Assembly (NCBI GenBank): GCA_965644295.1
Contig: CBFFRP010000297.1
Location: 1,007,164-1,071,163, forward strand
Source: Paraphysomonas bandaiensis
Lineage: Eukaryota; Protista; Chrysophyceae
DNA: 64,000 nt
Reading direction: 5' to 3'
Shown: positions 58,150-64,000 of the stretch, in pieces
Position numbering within the stretch: the first letter of the stretch is position 1
How the letters are laid out: each line of letters opens with the position of its first letter
Program-made: the position numbers and the translations under genes
The notes under the pieces: model-generated
What the model was told of the DNA's origin: nothing
The model's input: the letters and a program-made list of their open reading frames with translations, nothing else
The model's database searches: none

Positions 58150-58627
58150 ATTTTGTATATTGTTTTTTGCGTGTGAGTGTGCTTTATAATCGTTATCACT
58201 TTTTCACATTCGACACACTCTTTAGTCTTTTGAAGATCTAGAAGTTGTCTTCCTTCTCTTCTTATTCATGCTGGATAGATTGGGTGGATTTTTCAATTTC
58301 AAAACTATTTTTATAACTTTTTTATTATCCTTTAAAATATTATCCATTTTATCCATGTTGTCAGGTGTGTTACTTTTCATTGTATAAAGTGGATAAATTA
58401 GAAATATTATTATTTAAAGTATATAGTATTATAAAACAGTTTAAAGTATAGATTATTAATATTAGTATTTAAAGTATAGTATTTAAAGTATAGTATTAAT
58501 TATATACTTAGAGTGAAAAGGAAGAGTTATAAAACGAATGTTTTATAACTATACGAAGAGCCTCCCGGCTCAGGAGGGATGCCTAAGCGGCACAGAGCGT
58601 CCGTTTCCCTTCCCCCTGCTTGTGTGT
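58150..58627 (-). repeat. Right terminal inverted repeat (478 bp)
   Basis: Ends ...GCTTGTGTGT at 58627; mirror of 39001-39478. Confidence 0.96.
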
Positions 58628-60761
58628 GGAGGCCTCTAGAAGGAGCAGAGAGTCTCCCAAAGGGGGGGAGGAGAGGAGTTCCTCCGAGGAATCTGATAGG
58701 TCAGAGAGATCGAGGGAGAGATCTCGCAGTTATTCCGACTCCGGGGGGGAGGAATATGAAGAGCGGGGAAGGTCCCGCAGGCGCTCTGCCTCAAGGAGAG
58801 AGGAGTATTATGAGCGGAGTGGGAGATCGAGAAAGGGACGATCGAGGGATCGAAGTAGTAGATCCTCGGGTAGAAGATCGAAAAGATCTCGTCGCGAAGA
58901 GAGCTCCAGAAGGTTGAGAGCCTCTGAGCTAGAATTGGAAAGTCTGCGGCAAGAGGTGCAGCAGTTAAGGTCGTCGTTGGAGGGACAGCGTTCGACGGGA
59001 GGGGACAGGTCCGGAGGAGCACCTGCCATACCGCAACAAAGCAGTATAGGGAGGGCAGAGGAAGCTAGCTCGTCCAGTAGTACCCTCCTGGTTACGTCTA
59101 ATGACGTTCCTCCATTAGTCGCGCTGACTTATGACGCGGTGGAGGATTATATTGAGAAGTGTCGCCTTTACTTTCACAAGAGTGGTGGGAGAGAGGTAGA
59201 CCGATCGCTAATCTCGGCCAAAATGGCGGCGAAGATAGACTTTATGAGGGGAGACGTTAACGGGAAAGTTGACGACTGGAAGGATCCGAAGGTGTTACCG
59301 TCGGAGGATTTCTATGCGTTCCTTCGTAAGATGGTGAAGGATCAGGGGCATGTGGAGGTAGTGGAACCTTTTCAACATATTCGCGAGTGGGCTCGCGAGG
59401 TTCGCACCTTCCGGAATGTCAAGGATGTTATGGACTGGGGTGCGGACCTCAAGTTAAAATTGGAAAAGGAGGAAGGATCCGGCACATGGGAGGAGAATAA
59501 GGTTTGGATCGAAGATTTCAAACGTTCCCTCCGGATTGATCTTCCGTTCCATGATCAGGCTCGAAGGAACAGATTTCTGACTGAGAAGGTTCAGCCCATT
59601 TTTGAGAGTTTGTCAGAGGACAAGCGAAATTTGTTGGGTTATTTGACGGCCTTGCACAAAGCCGTTACAGCTATTAGGGATGGCTGGGAGGCTGTGGGGC
59701 CTTTTGACTTATTTGTGGCAAGGCAGTGGCCCCGAGGATCGATGGGAGGACGATCCGAGGCTGACCAACGGGATCGGAAGGGGGCCGATCAACGGGAGAG
59801 AAAGCGCACGCATTCACCTGCGAGGAGTTCGCAAGGGGGTTCGACTAGTGCTGGAAAAGCGCCAAAGAGAGCAAAGAGTAGCTCTCAAACGGATGTGTCG
59901 AAAGTGCCAGATTCAGATCGATGCAATGTGTGTGGTCGCCCAAGGGAGTGGCACAAGAGTGCGGAGTGTCCACTTAAGCAAGCTGCGGGGGCGAACTTGG
60001 ATCCAAACGTAAAGTGGAGAGAGTGTGCAGTGGCTAAGGATATTTTGGCCAAGAGGGGCCAACATACTTTGCCTAGAGAGGGATGGGTCTTAAGGCAAAG
60101 CGGTTCATATGGAAAGGGCTCCAAGGGTGAGTCCCATGATGTGTATTCTGATGTTATGGCTATTATGGCCCTTAAGTCTTTTTCTTCATTGCCATTCATA
60201 ACGGTTGTTGTATGCAATGAACAGGGAAGGAAAAGGACATGTAAAGCTCTACTGGATACGGGTGCGTCGGCTAACTTTATTAGTAAGGATGTAGCTGAAT
60301 GGTTAGTAGATAGTGGTTCTATTCCTATTCCCGTAAGTAAGAATATTGCTGGGGGTTTTAAATCAGCAAGTGCTTTGTGTGAGAGGGGTGTGTCCCTCAA
60401 TGTAGAGATCTTTACGGAGGTAAAGGAACCTCCAGTGTTGCAAGCTCGCATAGATGCATGGGAGTTAGATCTAAATTTTGAATTGATTTTAGGGGTACAT
60501 ACTGTACGTAATTTAGATTTAGTAGTGCAGTGCCCTAGTGCTTTCATGAGCTCAGATAAGGCTCGAAGGGTAGCCGACGTAGTGGGAGACAGTGCATTCC
60601 CTCTTGCGAGAGAGAGAGATGATCAGTCCGGGGGAGCAGTGTCTCCGAGCCTTGGCGTGCACGCGTCTTACCCTTGTGGGGGGAACGAGCCAGCGTTCGT
60701 CTTCCATTGCGTAAAAATTATAATCTTGAGGTTCGAGGGAAGTTGGCCCCTCTGGAAGTAG
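58628..60761 (+). CDS. gag: Gypsy gag-protease (N-terminus missing)
   Basis: RS-rich region, knuckle-like CNVCGRPREWHKSAEC, aspartic protease ALLDTGASANF and ILG. Confidence 0.85.
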
Positions 60762-63700
60762 GAATCAGTGACAAAGGGGAGGATTGGTCGTACCCAGCGG
60801 AGGAACAGCTGCTTTCGCTGGGAGAAGATCTTTCAAATTTCTCAAAAAGGTCGGCATGGGACCGAGAGGATATGAAAGAAATTCGCAACGATCAGTTGGA
60901 ATCCATTGACTCTGATTATCTGGACTCGGAGGGTGAGTCTCCTACGATTCCGGAAAAGGTTTATGGGTCACCGGACTTACAAGAAAAGATTCGTGGGGTC
61001 CTGGTGAAGTATAAGGACATCTTTCGATTAGAAATTCGGAAGGGAAAACCCGCGAAGTTAGAACCGTTTGAGCTCGAGGTCCGGAACCCGGAGGAAACGT
61101 GGTTTATACCGGCAAATAAATTGCCTCCTAGGAGGTTGGATAGGAGTCGACAGAGGGAACTCCAGCGTTTAGTGGAAAAGTTAGAGCGGTTGGGAGCGAT
61201 ACAACCTAGCTCGGCCACACATTATAGTCATCCTTTTGTAGTACCTAAGCCGAATAATAAGTGGCGATTGGTGTTGGATTATAAGAATCTCAACAAGGTT
61301 ACTACCTCTGAAAGCTGGCCAATTCCGAACATTAGGGATATGATTTATCGGATTGGTGAGAAACGTCCTAAGTTCTTTGTAGTGATGGATCTCACGTCTG
61401 GGTATCATCAGGCGCCAGTGGGCGAGAAGTCCCGTGCCTGGGTCGCCTTTATTACTCAAAACGGGGTGTACGAGTGGCTCCGGCTCCCCATGGGTTTGAA
61501 AGGTGCCCCATCCTACTTCCAGCGGCAAATGCAAAGTGTTGTACTAGCGGGTTTAGTATATAAGATTTGTGAGATATACCTCGATGATTGTATTATATTT
61601 GCTAGCTCGGAAGAGGAGCTGATTGAGAATTTATCAGCAGTTTTAGAGAGATTTAAGAGGTTTGGCCTTACAGTTAACCCTAAGAAGTGTGTCTTTGGGG
61701 TCTCGGAGGTAGAGGCTGTGGGTCATAAGATCAATGAGTTTGGTCATACCTTTACTAGAGAGCGGATTGATAGTATATTGGCTATCCCGCGTCCTAATAC
61801 CCAGAAACAGTTGAAACAGTTCATGGGTGTAGCAAATTTTGTAAGAGATTGCGTACGCGAATATGCACTGATTGATTGCATGCAATGTTGGGGAATTATA
61901 CTAAGTCGCAGGCTCGACGTAAGGTGTTGCACTGGACAGAGGAGTCCAGTGTTGCCTTTGATGTGCTAAGGGAGCGCATTCATGAGTGTCCCTTGTTATT
62001 TTTTATGGATGATGTTTCCCCCATCTTCCTATATACTGACGCGTCAATAATTGGTATCGGGGCACACTTGGTGCAAGTCGTGGAGGGTCACGAGCGCACA
62101 ATTGGGATGATTAGTAAGGCGTTCGACTCAACGTTAGCTAAGTGGCACACCTGCGAGCAGGAAGGTTTTGCCATCTTTTATGCATTAAATAAGTGGAATA
62201 CTTGTTGAGGGATCGACGTTTTACAGTTCGAACCGATCACGATAATTTACGTCAACTCAAGCAGGAGTATGGCCACATAAAACGAGTGCAGCGCTGGTTT
62301 ATGTGTTTTCAGTCGTTTGATATCGTGTTCGAACACCTTCCAGGGGAGATGAATGTGGTGGCTGATGCTCTTAGTCGAGTTTGTGGGGTGGACGCATCCG
62401 ACGAGGTCGATGACAATCTGTGTTCTTCTCTCGAGCGGTGCCTGGAGGAAGAGTCGCATACTGAGGATCAGCGCATCCCTAATCACTTCTGGAAGGCAAT
62501 TAAGGCTTGTCATAATAGTGTAGTAGGCCACCATGGGGTGGAACGTACAATGGGAAAGTTGCGAAGGAGCAACAATAATTGGAAGAACATGCGTCAGCAT
62601 GTTATACGTTTTATTAAGTGTTGTGTGTGTTGTCAAAAGATGTCAACTATTAAGCCGGCAGTGTGGGTTCGGCCTTTTACTCTATCTAAGTATTCCATGG
62701 GTGAGTGTATCTATATGGATTATATCGAGGGTTTGATTCCCGATGAGTATGGGTATACTAGCATTCTGGTGATGATTGATGCCTTTTCACGGTGGGCTGA
62801 GTTATTTCCTACCAAGGGTATCTCAGCAAAGGACACGGCACGAGCGTTGTTGCATTATTTTGGCCGATTTTCGATGTGTTCGATTTGTAAGCTCACTTCA
62901 GATAAAGGGAGGGCCTTTATGTCCGATATTGTTCGGGAGGTGAGATCTTTGTTAGGGGTGGAGCACTCCTTTACAGTAGAGTATTCAAAGGAGGAGAATG
63001 GTATGGTTGAGAGGGAGAATAAGGAAATTCTCCGTCATCTGAGGAATATTATTTTCGAGAAAGTGGTCTTGAAAAATTGGTCTGATGTGCTGCCAATGGT
63101 GCAGCGGATTTTGAATGCGGCAATCCATGGGTCGACAGGAGTGGCCCCAGCACAATTAGTATATGGAGATGCCATAAACCTAGATGCAGGCTTTATTTTA
63201 GATAGGAAGAATTTGTCTCCAAGGGAGGAGAAGGATCTGTCCGAGTGGGTGGCAGATAGACTCGCAGCTCAGGAGAGGGTGCGAGTGTATGCTCGTCAGA
63301 ATCTGGAGATTCGGGATCAACACCATATCGAGTCCAATATGCCCGAGGGTGTTTCGTCGTACCCGGTGGGGGCATTTGTGCTAGTGGAACACAGGCATAA
63401 CTCGTTACGGACAGGTCCAACGAGCAAGTTGTTGCCCTATTTGAAAGGGCCTATGGAGGTGGTTGGAGTGGAAGGACCAATTTACACCTTGAAAAATTTA
63501 GTGTCGAGAGGACAGGCACGGTATCATATATCTAAGCTGCGGCCTTTTTGTTTTGATCCGAGGGTGGATGATCCCGTACAAGTGGCGTTACGGGATGACG
63601 TTGAGGGTACCAAGTTTGTGATGGAGAAGATTACAAACATGAGGGGCGACCCTAAGGGTTCGCGGTGGGATTTGTTCTTTGAAGTATACTGGTCAAATTA

Positions 63701-63896
63701 CGATGTTCCGACGTGGGAGTCGTGGAAGACAGTACGAGGAACAGATGCGTTATTGAAGTACTTGAAGACGCACTCTAGTTATACAGTACGAGCCCTATTA
63801 CCCAGGAGAGGGAAGAAGCGCTCCAGGTCTCCAGACACGGCGGCAGAGGAAGTCATTTCAAGTGAGGATGAGTCGTCGCAACAGTCAGGAGTTTGA
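60674..63896 (+). pseudogene. pol: Gypsy pol (RT-RNase H-integrase-chromodomain), broken into three frames
   Basis: WRLVLDYKNLN, MDLTSGYHQ, PMGLKGAP, YLDD; LYTDAS, EQE, TDH; HNSVVGHHG..CVCC, DYI, SDKG, NGMVERENK; chromo-like FVMEKI..FEVYW..Y..PTWE. Shifts at ~61875 and ~62195. Confidence 0.92.
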
Positions 63897-64000
63897 TCTA
63901 TGAGTTTTGACGGTTAGAATCCGCTCTGTCCAGGTGATGGACACCTATGAGAAGGTTCTCATACATCACAGTTTAGTTGGAGTGATCAGTAGTGGGATAG

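Larger units (their letters stand above)
39001..58627. mobile_element. Complete endogenous Polinton-like virus / virophage-like element (19,627 bp)
   Basis: 478-bp TIRs; AT-rich, intron-free, densely packed ORFs; MCP, penton, A32 ATPase, adenain-like protease, rve integrase, PolB and SF3 helicase. Confidence 0.96.
58628..64000 (+). mobile_element. Ty3/gypsy (chromovirus-like) LTR retrotransposon; 5' end interrupted by the viral element, 3' LTR beyond the window
   Basis: Order gag-PR-RT-RH-IN-chromo; GC-richer than the flanking virus. Confidence 0.93.

Noticed and set aside
58620-58627. Annotated start of the gypsy gag ORF
   Set aside because: The TTG start lies in the viral TIR; the true gag start is missing.
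39001-58627. Bacterial prophage or contamination
   Set aside because: No terminase, portal or HK97 capsid genes; chromo-integrase, adenain and A32 ATPase are hallmarks of eukaryotic Polinton-class viruses.
58579-58917. ORF MPKRHRASVSLPPACV and its mirror 38720-39049
   Set aside because: Both start in the TIR tip and run outward into unrelated flanks; an artefact of the inverted repeat.

Overview
Eukaryotic genomic DNA with short GT-AG introns and (CATA)n microsatellites. CCDC40 points to a flagellated protist, possibly a stramenopile (inference only). Positions 1-38.6 kb hold ordinary host genes: COPI-associated protein, CaMK-like kinase, RING protein, GLE1-like, MORN protein, CCDC40, mitochondrial carrier, RlmF/METTL16, site-1 protease and pirin. 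Among them are a recent Ty1/copia element with non-canonical TA...TA LTRs, a solo LTR of the same family, and one hAT transposon cut in two by a ~1.5 kb inversion. The main feature is a complete 19,627-bp endogenous dsDNA virus (Polinton-like/virophage-like, 39001-58627) with 478-bp terminal inverted repeats. It encodes major and minor capsid proteins, packaging ATPase, adenain-like protease, rve integrase with chromodomain, SF3/D5-like helicase, a short B-family polymerase with a DTD->HTD motif C, two paralogous fibre-like proteins, a discoidin-domain protein, an FNIP-like protein and a GIY-YIG-like nuclease. It has no target-site duplication and abuts, probably lies inside, a chromodomain-bearing Ty3/gypsy retrotransposon that continues past the window end. 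All calls come from reading motifs by eye; no database searches were run.
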